Positions 8,169 to 15,071 of a stretch of DNA of 15,071 nucleotides are shown piece by piece. Source of the DNA: Chthonomonadales bacterium (lineage in GTDB: Bacteria > Armatimonadota > Chthonomonadetes > Chthonomonadales > CAJBBX01); contig JBBIPC010000026.1 in NCBI GenBank assembly GCA_037443035.1, positions 1-15,071 on the forward strand. The letters run 5' to 3'. The notes below the pieces were generated by a model. It made no database searches and had not been told where the DNA came from. It saw only the letters and a program-made list of their open reading frames with translations. The position numbers and the translations under genes were made by a program. The first letter of the stretch is position 1, and the number at the start of each line of letters is the position of its first letter.

Positions 8169-8394
8169 TCAGACGCTTAGCCTCTCTCACTTCCGGTACT
8201 CCTGGGTCTCGCGCGCAGCAGAATATTTAGACTAACTAAGGAACGCCCTTCGGTCACCGTTTCGTAAGGCGTGGTATCCGGCGCGGAGCCTGTTACTGCA
8301 GTTCCAGCCTCGCCGGAATCGAGCCAGACGCAAGCATCGTCCTTTCGCGGCGCTCTGCTGGCGCCGCCTGCGCGCGGTCCAGGAGGGAGATACC

Positions 8395-9225
8395 GTGCAC
8401 AAGATGCATACTAAGGGAGCCTTGCTGCTTTTCTGGCTTCTTGCCGCCCCCCTGTCGGTGCAAGCCCAACAGGCGGCTCCGCCCGACCAAGACGGCACTC
8501 CCACATTCGAAGTCCTCCGCCAATCCGTTGCAGCGCCTGCCGGTACCCTCGGGTTGCCCACCGCCTTCGGGCGTGGACATGGGCGCATGGCCATTGGCTT
8601 TGGCTTCCAGAATACGACCCGCATCGCTTCAGCCGCCGACGGTGCCGCAGGATGGGCCGTTGGCTTTGGCGATGCGAGAACCCTCGGCGTGGACCTCGGC
8701 CTCAACATCCTATCCGTCGGTGTCCACGAGGGCTTCGCCCGCAGAGGATCGTTCAGCTTCAAGCTCTTCCACGAGCGGCCAGACGGTACCGGTCTGGCCG
8801 TCGGCCTACGCAACTTCTTGGTGTGGGGCGGCGGGAGCGATGCTCCGACCCAGCTGTATTTCGTGGCAAGTCGCCGATACCGCCTGCATGAGGATCGCTC
8901 GAAGCCGTTCGGCACCGTCTCGGCCACTGTCGGCCTCTCGTACCTCTGGGCGGGAGCGAATCAGGGTGTCTACCGAGAAGTCGCCAGGGAAGTCGCGAGC
9001 AAGTACGGGCCGATCACCGTCCTCGCCGGAGTATCGGCGCAACTCGACGACAAGACCGCCCTCTTCGCCGAGTGGACGGGTCAGGACCTGAACGTTGGCG
9101 TATCGTGGCTCGTCTCCGCTCGTACGGGCCTCGTCATCACCCCCGCACTCGCGGACCTCACCGGGCGCGCCCCGAACGGCCCGAGGTTCGTCATGGGCGT
9201 GGGCCTGCCTATCAGCTTGCAATAG
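8395..9225 (+). CDS. Exported protein, predicted small outer-membrane beta-barrel (YjbH-like)
   Basis: SD AGGAGG at 8381-8386 before GTG 8395 (ATG 8404 is an alternative). Signal peptide ALLLFWLLAAPLSVQA|Q. Many amphipathic Gly/aromatic strands (MAIGFGFQ, GWAVGFG, GSFSFKLF, LYFVAS, VSATVGLS, ALFAEW, LNVGVSW, FVMGVGL). Confidence 0.7.
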   Translation: MHKMHTKGALLLFWLLAAPLSVQAQQAAPPDQDGTPTFEVLRQSVAAPAGTLGLPTAFGRGHGRMAIGFGFQNTTRIASAADGAAGWAVGFGDARTLGVDLGLNILSVGVHEGFARRGSFSFKLFHERPDGTGLAVGLRNFLVWGGGSDAPTQLYFVASRRYRLHEDRSKPFGTVSATVGLSYLWAGANQGVYREVAREVASKYGPITVLAGVSAQLDDKTALFAEWTGQDLNVGVSWLVSARTGLVITPALADLTGRAPNGPRFVMGVGLPISLQ

Positions 9226-9237
9226 GAGGTTGCGGAA

Positions 9238-12200
9238 ATGATCCTGTCCCCCGTGATCGCTCGATGCAACGCTTATGCCCGCCTCTGTCGGGTCTTGCTG
9301 GGCGCGTCCCTGTCCTTCTACCTGACGCCCACGCTCGCCCAAACAGACGTGACAGACACCACGGACGTCGTGATCGACCAGACGACCGGCGGAGGTGGTC
9401 GCTCCGACAGGTGCATACTTACCATCACGCCGCCGCCGGACAAAGTCGCCTGCGCAGAAGCACCGGACTACAACGCGGCCCACGTAGACCCAGGGCGTGC
9501 TCGCGTCCGCGGTACCTGCCCTCCCTTGAGCGGCAGGGGTACACGCAGCGACGGCAAGCCGTTTCGCAGCCCATTCCCCCTGGGCGAAACGATCATCACG
9601 TGGACAGCCCGAGACGGCAAGGGCAACACGGCATCGGCCCAACAGAAGATCACCGTCGTGCGCCTCACGCTCGCCATAGACAGCAACAACGACTCGACCA
9701 TTGACGAGAAAGACGCCGCCGTCGAGGACAATCCCAACCTGCCAGGAAAGATCCTCATCGCCAGCAACCTCGACCGTCTCGGAACAGGCGTGCCCGGTTT
9801 CGCTTCAGGACTGAATCGCTTCGGCGGTACCCCGCCCAACGTCGGCGTCGGTTTTCCGCCCCTGGAGGTGCGCGTATCGGGAGGCGTGGACCTGGCCAAG
9901 GCTCGCCTCCGGTTTCGCTACTCGGCGGCCGATCCTGCGCGTGTCACCCGCGACCCGTCGGACCCGAGGGTGCGCCGCCTTCCCATATTCACACCAGGCT
10001 CGGGCGGATTCGTGCGGCTTTGGACCCGCGATAATAACAGCAGTAGGCGCATCGAACCCGTGAACCGTGGAGACTTCATCCCACCAGACGTGTGGCTGCC
10101 GGCTAGCGCAGTCCTCGGCAATGCTCGATCGGTCCGCCTCCATGTGGAGGGGGTCAACGAGAGCAAACCCGGCGAGGTCCGCATACAGGCCGAACTCGAC
10201 CCGGACGGTAGCGGACAAGGGTGCCTTAGCAACGCCGTGCGCGCTACGGTCACCAAGCTCGTCATCACCTTCACGGACGTCACGGGCATCACGAGCCGCA
10301 GCTCCACCCTACGTGTCAACCGTATTCCGCCCGACAAGGAGCCAGACGGCATTGCCTGCGACTGGCAGGCGGGTGTACCGGACGGCGGTCTGCTGCTCAT
10401 GCGGGTCCACGCCAGTCCCATTCTGTACGAGGCCATTCGAGCCGGCCGGATCTCGTTGGCGTTCGGCCACATGCCCGAGAACACGCGGCGCTTCAGTCCC
10501 CTGCCCGCCAACGGCTTCGAAGGGGAGTACCGCAGCCTCGAAGATCAGACGTTCGCTCCGGGTGGCACGTTCCAGGTTCACCAAATGGGCGTGGCCTTGC
10601 CGGGTGAGCAGGATCCCGGGACAGGGCTGATGGTGGTGGATGCCCGCTACTATCGGCCTCCCTTCGAGTTCCATATGGCTGCACCGCTGGACCCACACAA
10701 GGAACGGAAACTTCGCCTGGCCGTGCGCCTGACTACTGCCCAGGGCGCTTTGTTAGCCGAGGGCACCAAGCCGCACGCCATCGCCCTCGTCCGACCCCCT
10801 CTCGTGCTCGTGCACGGTATCGCCAGCAGCCCCGCCGTGTGGTACGACGCATCCAAGCCCGGCTCCTTCGCCATGATGTTCGACGTGGGCCCGAACAACT
10901 TCGGCTTCCACTGCGTGAACTTCCGAGTCGATCACTCGGGACGGGATCCCCTCAGACCCGGCGAAGGCAGGACCATGGGTATGGGGGTCACGTCCAACCG
11001 CTACGCCCTCGTGGCGCAGATGATTGGGCGGGCGTGTCAGGCGTTCCGCGACGGCTATTACTTTGCCGGATTCGGCAGCCAGCCACGCGGTGGCCAGCCG
11101 GCTGGCAAGCGGATCGCTCTTCAAAAGGCGGACTGCGTCTGCCATAGCTACGGCGGCATCCTCACACGCTGGTACGTCGAACAAGCCGGCAATCCGCCAG
11201 GTTCCGAGTTCGAGAGCCGCCGCAACGTGCGTAAGCTGATCACGCTGGGAACGCCCCACAAGGGCTCCCCACTCGCCAACATGGTCTGCGAAGTCTACCG
11301 AAGCACGCTCATCGGAAACGCGAGCGCGGGACTCCTCGGCCCGGGCACACGGTGGCTAACGATGAAGGACCTACTGGACCTGCTCGAGTCCAAGGGCTTG
11401 CTTCCTAACGCACTGCCCCCGACACGGACGCAGCCCCGCCATGCGTATCAGGAGTTCTGCGTCAACAGCGGCCGCCTGGCGCAACTCAACGCCAGGCCCT
11501 TCCATGATGACGTGGCCTATGCCGCCGTCATCGGCACGAGCATGCGGCTGGAAGGCCTCCGTGACCCGTTCATTGCCTTCGCACCCTTCTGGAGCCCGGC
11601 CACGCGCAGCACCTATGGCTACTTCCCCTGGATCTACCATTTCAATAGTGACCCTGGCGCCACCGACAGCATCGTGCCACGCTGGAGCGCCGAACTGGGA
11701 GTGCCGGCCTTCAACGTCTATTTGCCCATCACCCACACGGAAATGGCACATGATGCGGCGCTGCAGGCCACGGTGCGGGCGTGGCTCGATGGCGTCGATC
11801 CCAGGACCGGCGCGCTTACCACTCTGCCCCTCGGAGCCGCCCAGCGTGCCGCCTACCGCAACACGCCACCGGTTTCCGACAGGAACGCCTACGAAGGGAG
11901 CCGCGTGGGGCCCGACGGCGTCAGTCGAGGCGGCGGTCTGCGCCGGCGTGCCATCGTGAAGGTGGAGCTAAGCGACACGGATCCCTACTACGCGACCTTC
12001 GGTAGCCACCCGTCCGAAGTCGGGCCGCGACGTGTCGTCCTGACGGGCATGATGCAGGTCAGGGACATCGGTACCAAAGCGTTTGTCATCGACTCCCACG
12101 AGCGTGGCTGGAACAACACCTTGCACAACCTTGGGGTGGTGAGCCGGACCGACCTGAACCTGGACCCCGCGGACCTTGTGGGAGCCGGTCCCAACGACTG

Positions 12201-12732
12201 GGTGACCTATCAGGTGGAAATAGGACGCATCGGGCGAACGTCGTTCCGAACCCTTACAGGCCCCAGCGGGACATCTACCTGGGTACCTGGTGCCAATCAC
12301 CTCGTGAGCTACGCCATGGACGCCATCCCCGATGGACATAGCCCCCCAGCCGAGGTGACGATCCCGAAATATGTGCTTCCGCCCCCGCGCAAGGGAGGTC
12401 CCGGCAACCTGACGTTGACCCTCGAAGGCGCCGTGGAGTGCACCAACGCCGGGAGCGGCTCGCAGAGCGTGACGGTGCACGTCTACTCGAAGCGCCCGAT
12501 CATCGATGATAAGCTCTCTGTGCTAACGTTCGCGCAGAGACACCCACCCGGAGTCTGGAATGGCCTCCTGATCCCCTACCAAACGACGACGACCCTCCAC
12601 TGGAATGCCTCTGGCCGGCTGGAGGGGAACAACGACTGGACGAGGAGCAACCCGGCAGACGTCTACCAGATGCTCATCATGGGTTCCATGCCGCAGTACC
12701 GACCGGAGTCCACCACGATCAAGGTGCCGTAG
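9238..12732 (+). CDS. Large secreted multidomain protein: signal peptide, HYR-like domain, Ca-binding/Ig-like region, PGAP1-like alpha/beta hydrolase (lipase/esterase), unknown beta-rich C-terminus
   Basis: SD AGGAGGT overlaps the upstream stop. Probable signal peptide ending TLA|Q. HYR-like FPLGETIITWTARDGKGNTASAQQKITV. DSNNDSTIDEKD Ca-loop. Lipase motifs PLVLVHG (H526), CHSYGG (S637), ITLGTPHKGS, DSIVP (D810), ITH (H833). Confidence 0.82.
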   Translation: MILSPVIARCNAYARLCRVLLGASLSFYLTPTLAQTDVTDTTDVVIDQTTGGGGRSDRCILTITPPPDKVACAEAPDYNAAHVDPGRARVRGTCPPLSGRGTRSDGKPFRSPFPLGETIITWTARDGKGNTASAQQKITVVRLTLAIDSNNDSTIDEKDAAVEDNPNLPGKILIASNLDRLGTGVPGFASGLNRFGGTPPNVGVGFPPLEVRVSGGVDLAKARLRFRYSAADPARVTRDPSDPRVRRLPIFTPGSGGFVRLWTRDNNSSRRIEPVNRGDFIPPDVWLPASAVLGNARSVRLHVEGVNESKPGEVRIQAELDPDGSGQGCLSNAVRATVTKLVITFTDVTGITSRSSTLRVNRIPPDKEPDGIACDWQAGVPDGGLLLMRVHASPILYEAIRAGRISLAFGHMPENTRRFSPLPANGFEGEYRSLEDQTFAPGGTFQVHQMGVALPGEQDPGTGLMVVDARYYRPPFEFHMAAPLDPHKERKLRLAVRLTTAQGALLAEGTKPHAIALVRPPLVLVHGIASSPAVWYDASKPGSFAMMFDVGPNNFGFHCVNFRVDHSGRDPLRPGEGRTMGMGVTSNRYALVAQMIGRACQAFRDGYYFAGFGSQPRGGQPAGKRIALQKADCVCHSYGGILTRWYVEQAGNPPGSEFESRRNVRKLITLGTPHKGSPLANMVCEVYRSTLIGNASAGLLGPGTRWLTMKDLLDLLESKGLLPNALPPTRTQPRHAYQEFCVNSGRLAQLNARPFHDDVAYAAVIGTSMRLEGLRDPFIAFAPFWSPATRSTYGYFPWIYHFNSDPGATDSIVPRWSAELGVPAFNVYLPITHTEMAHDAALQATVRAWLDGVDPRTGALTTLPLGAAQRAAYRNTPPVSDRNAYEGSRVGPDGVSRGGGLRRRAIVKVELSDTDPYYATFGSHPSEVGPRRVVLTGMMQVRDIGTKAFVIDSHERGWNNTLHNLGVVSRTDLNLDPADLVGAGPNDWVTYQVEIGRIGRTSFRTLTGPSGTSTWVPGANHLVSYAMDAIPDGHSPPAEVTIPKYVLPPPRKGGPGNLTLTLEGAVECTNAGSGSQSVTVHVYSKRPIIDDKLSVLTFAQRHPPGVWNGLLIPYQTTTTLHWNASGRLEGNNDWTRSNPADVYQMLIMGSMPQYRPESTTIKVP

Positions 12733-12780
12733 CGAGCAACGCCAGTGTGACGGTGCACGCGTTCCTTGTGCAGTAGCGAG

Positions 12781-12824
12781 AGCGCGTGGTCCCCTCAGGA
12801 ATTAAGAGCGGGGGACCACGCGCT
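12781..12824. terminator. 14-bp perfect stem-loop between convergent genes; likely bidirectional terminator or transcript barrier
   Basis: AGCGCGTGGTCCCC (12781-12794) / GGGGACCACGCGCT (12811-12824), lying between the stops at 12732 (+) and 12887 (-). No strong U-tract on either side. Confidence 0.55.
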
Positions 12825-12886
12825 TCCGATTCTCAGCGACATCTCCCTGGCGTTCCACTTGACGGACCGCACTACCAGTCGCCCGG

Positions 12887-14275
12887 CTACTTGCGGGATT
12901 CCGACTGAAGACGGGCCGCTTGAGCGGGATCGCCGATATGAAGCGTATCGTAAGCCTGCTGTGAGGTCTCGAAGGCTCCGATGCCTGCGTGGCCGTGCCA
13001 ATCTCCCTGGTGGTACATGGGATTCGGCAATCCCGTTTCTCGCTCGCGGCGCGCGATCCAAGCCTCCATCTGAGCCGTCAACGCCTCCACAACGTCCGGT
13101 CTGTTCTCTGCGAGATTCCTATTCTCCTCGGGATCCTCGACAAGGTTGTACAACTCCACAGGCGGCTTGAAGTGGAAATCCGGTTCCAACGCGCGGATGA
13201 GCTTCCACTCCGGTGTCCGCCATCCGTGCTTCCGCATCCATGTGCACTCCGTGATGTAGAAGCTGCTCTCGTGGGATGCCACTTCCCCGCGAATCATGGG
13301 CATGAGGCTCCGGCCGTCGAACTGGATGTCCACAGGTATCTCGGCAAGCTCCAGTAGTGTAGGTACGAGGTCCTTGTGCTGGTTGAAACCTGCGACTCTC
13401 TTCCCGGCAGGGATCTTCGGCGGATACCGGAGGATTAGAGGAACGTGCAGGACGTTGTCGTACAAACCATGGTGGTCGAACCAGCACTCATGGTCGTAGA
13501 GCGTCTCCCCGTGATCTGCGTTGATGACGACGATGGTGTTGTCCAGCACACCCAGGGTCTCCATGGCTGTGAAGAGTGTGGCCATGGCTGCGTCCATGTA
13601 GGCCACGGCCCCATCGTATTGAGCGATCACGTAGTCTTTGTCCGTGATTCCAGGAGGCATCCAGCTCGCGAAGAAGTCGCGGAAGGGTTTGAACGCCATG
13701 ACCGGATCCATGGAACGATTAGAGGGGTCGCACTCGTTGCCATGGTAGAACATCCGCTCGAAAGGCTCGGGAGGTAGGTAGGGGGCGTGGGGGTCCATGT
13801 GCCGCAGGAAGAGGAAGAACGGTTTGTCACCCTGTGCCAGGCGCTCGAGTTCAGGCACCGCGACTTTGTTCAGGTTCTCGGCCTTCGGACTGCGTCCCTC
13901 GTTCCAACTGCCCCATCCTGGGAAATCCACGTAGTTATCGAAACCGCGCGAAGCCGGATTGCCCCGGAAACCCACGCAAGTGGATACATAGCCGGCTTCA
14001 CGCAGAATCTCCGCGAGCGTCGCGACTTCTGGTCGAAGCCCACCTTTGTGGCGCAGAGCTACGACCTGCGTGGTGAAGCAATCCATGCCCGTGAGCATGG
14101 AACCGTAGCCGCTTGTCGTAGGGATGTGAGGGCTGTAGGTCCTCTCGAAAAGCATTCCCGACTGGGCGAAGCGGTCAATGTGTGGGGTGGTAAGGCGTGG
14201 GTACCCATAGCAGCTCATGTGGTCTGCGCGCAACGAATCGATGCCGAAGAGCACAATGTTGGGCTTACGTGACAT
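12887..14275 (-). CDS. Sulfatase-like hydrolase (alkaline phosphatase superfamily), non-canonical Thr-type active site
   Basis: SD-like AGGAAGGA upstream. KPNIVLFGIDSLRADH (D13), TPHIDRFA, SMLTG, KPFFLFLRHMDPHAPY (H163), NADHGE (D254/H255), HVPLI, DLVPTLLELA, DGRSL, ELYNLVEDPEE. No signal peptide. Confidence 0.9.
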   Translation of the reverse strand: MSRKPNIVLFGIDSLRADHMSCYGYPRLTTPHIDRFAQSGMLFERTYSPHIPTTSGYGSMLTGMDCFTTQVVALRHKGGLRPEVATLAEILREAGYVSTCVGFRGNPASRGFDNYVDFPGWGSWNEGRSPKAENLNKVAVPELERLAQGDKPFFLFLRHMDPHAPYLPPEPFERMFYHGNECDPSNRSMDPVMAFKPFRDFFASWMPPGITDKDYVIAQYDGAVAYMDAAMATLFTAMETLGVLDNTIVVINADHGETLYDHECWFDHHGLYDNVLHVPLILRYPPKIPAGKRVAGFNQHKDLVPTLLELAEIPVDIQFDGRSLMPMIRGEVASHESSFYITECTWMRKHGWRTPEWKLIRALEPDFHFKPPVELYNLVEDPEENRNLAENRPDVVEALTAQMEAWIARRERETGLPNPMYHQGDWHGHAGIGAFETSQQAYDTLHIGDPAQAARLQSESRK

Positions 14276-14370
14276 GTCGAATGGTCCTTCCTAAGTGGGC
14301 GTGTGCGACCCGCCGGTCCCGTGTGCAGACCTGTTTGCCAGAGAGCGGCGGCGCCGACACGGGTGGCGTC

Positions 14371-14784
14371 TCAGTTGGCGGTGCAGTCTATGCTGAATGT
14401 GCCTGCAGGGACTCCGGTACTGCTCGTACGGGCGAGGACTCCAACGACCCTTTTCGGATCCACCATGGTGAGATTGCCCTCCAGCGAGTAGGTATCCGAT
14501 GGGTGGAACAGCGTCCCGTGGAAGCGCCGATCGTCCCGTACCGTGCCAGTCAGGGTTCTCGAACCTGCCGTGGCATTGTCCAGCATCACCCCGGATAAGG
14601 CACCATCCGGCCCTATGACAACGGTAAGAGAGCCTTCCTCGATTGCCGAGCCCTCTACGATCCGGTAAGCGCCGCTGTACGAACCTTGCAGGCCCGACCC
14701 GTTGGTGATATTGGTCCCGCTACCACAACCGGCAACGAGCATGCCCAATAGAGCCACAAACGCCAGCAGACGTGCAACGCGCAT
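14371..14784 (-). CDS. Small lipoprotein of unknown function, predicted all-beta
   Basis: SD AGGAGG is 8 nt from ATG 14784 but only 2 nt from ATG 14790, so 14784 is preferred. Signal peptide RVARLLAFVALLGML with lipobox VAG|C, Gly/Ser linker (GSGTNITNGSG), then about 8 beta strands. Confidence 0.8.
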   Translation of the reverse strand: MRVARLLAFVALLGMLVAGCGSGTNITNGSGLQGSYSGAYRIVEGSAIEEGSLTVVIGPDGALSGVMLDNATAGSRTLTGTVRDDRRFHGTLFHPSDTYSLEGNLTMVDPKRVVGVLARTSSTGVPAGTFSIDCTAN

Positions 14785-14810
14785 TCCCATAGCCTCCTAT
14801 GATATGCTCC

Positions 14811-14816
14811 ATTGTA
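14811..14816 (-). promoter_or_regulatory. Candidate -10 element (TACAAT) for the lipoprotein gene and possibly the sulfatase
   Basis: TACAAT on the minus strand about 11 nt upstream of the SD. No convincing -35 seen. Confidence 0.35.
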
Positions 14817-14977
14817 CACTACTGCTATCCGCTGTTCTTCTTCCACCCCTCGTTGGACATTGCGAGTATGTCTGCTCTCGATCTCGGCTGCATAGAGGAA
14901 AGCGTGCTGGCGTGACCGGTACTGAGCCCGTCGTAGCGCCACTTCCCATTGAGCGAGGGCCGGTCCCCTGTGGATCG

Positions 14978-15071
14978 CCCCCTCTCCAACCCTCCCCGCT
15001 TGCGGGGAGGGTGATGCCTCCTGCCCTTAGTTCCCTCGCCCCGCTTGCGGGGAGAGGGTTAGGGTGAGGGG
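14978..15071. repeat. Inverted pair of GC-rich REP-like palindromic repeats (BIME-like); may continue past the window edge
   Basis: Unit 1: ACCCTCCCCGC-TT-GCGGGGAGGGT (14989-15012, 11 perfect complementary positions) preceded by CCCCCTCTCCA. Unit 2: CCCTCGCCCCGC-TT-GCGGGGAGAGGG (15033-15058) followed by TTAGGGTGAGGGG. The reverse complement of unit 2 resembles unit 1. Confidence 0.85.

Noticed and set aside
8090..8345. c-di-GMP-I (GEMM) riboswitch suggested by fragments GGCGCGGAGCC and AGCCAG
   Set aside because: The GGCAAAC...GAAA P2 element and proper P3 pairing are missing. Only cmscan could rescue it.
12440..12824. Diversity-generating retroelement VR/TR pair with downstream hairpin
   Set aside because: The repeats are far shorter than ~100 bp, mismatches are not adenine-specific, and there is no reverse transcriptase or Avd gene in the window.
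12766..13170. Immunity gene downstream of the lipase protein (ORF 12766-13170 +)
   Set aside because: It runs through the hairpin and antisense into the sulfatase-like gene, and has no SD or signal peptide and an unprotein-like composition.
61..14598. Many alternative-frame and antisense ORFs (e.g. 61-624 -, 2422-3180 -, 3204-3962 +, 5503-6270 -, 6361-7122 -, 8232-8927 -, 8806-9642 -, 9072-9704 +)
   Set aside because: They overlap well-supported genes, are Arg/Pro/Ala-rich and have no motifs. These are typical shadow ORFs in high-GC DNA.
14655..15067. ORFs 14655-14942 (-) and 14702-15067 (+)
   Set aside because: They overlap the lipoprotein gene and, for the + ORF, the repeat. The PSPLAGR repeats are only the translated palindromes.
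14978..15071. CRISPR array or true telomeric repeat
   Set aside because: Only two non-identical units in inverted orientation, a 20-nt gap, no cas genes, and a single TTAGGG.

Overview
High-GC (roughly 60-65% by eye) bacterial chromosomal window, probably from a diderm since it encodes a predicted outer-membrane beta-barrel and a lipoprotein. It holds nine credible CDS: (+) secreted right-handed beta-helix protein translationally coupled to a nitrilase-family C-N hydrolase; (-) a ~1050-aa six-hairpin glycosidase-like protein with N-terminal discoidin-like domains; (+) a nickel/cobalt ECF importer whose NikM, NikN and NikQ parts are fused into one 649-aa ORF, followed by the NikO ATPase; (+) a two-gene unit of a small exported beta-barrel protein and a 1164-aa secreted multidomain protein (HYR-like, Ca-binding/Ig-like, PGAP1-like lipase, unknown C-terminus); (-) a sulfatase-fold enzyme lacking the formylglycine motif and a small lipoprotein. 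The window ends in an inverted pair of GC-rich REP-like palindromes. I saw no rRNA, tRNA, CRISPR array, transposase, integrase or reverse transcriptase. The best leads are the NikM-N-Q fusion, the barrel plus lipase-cargo pair, and the Thr-type sulfatase-like enzyme. All family calls come from motif recognition by eye, not database searches.
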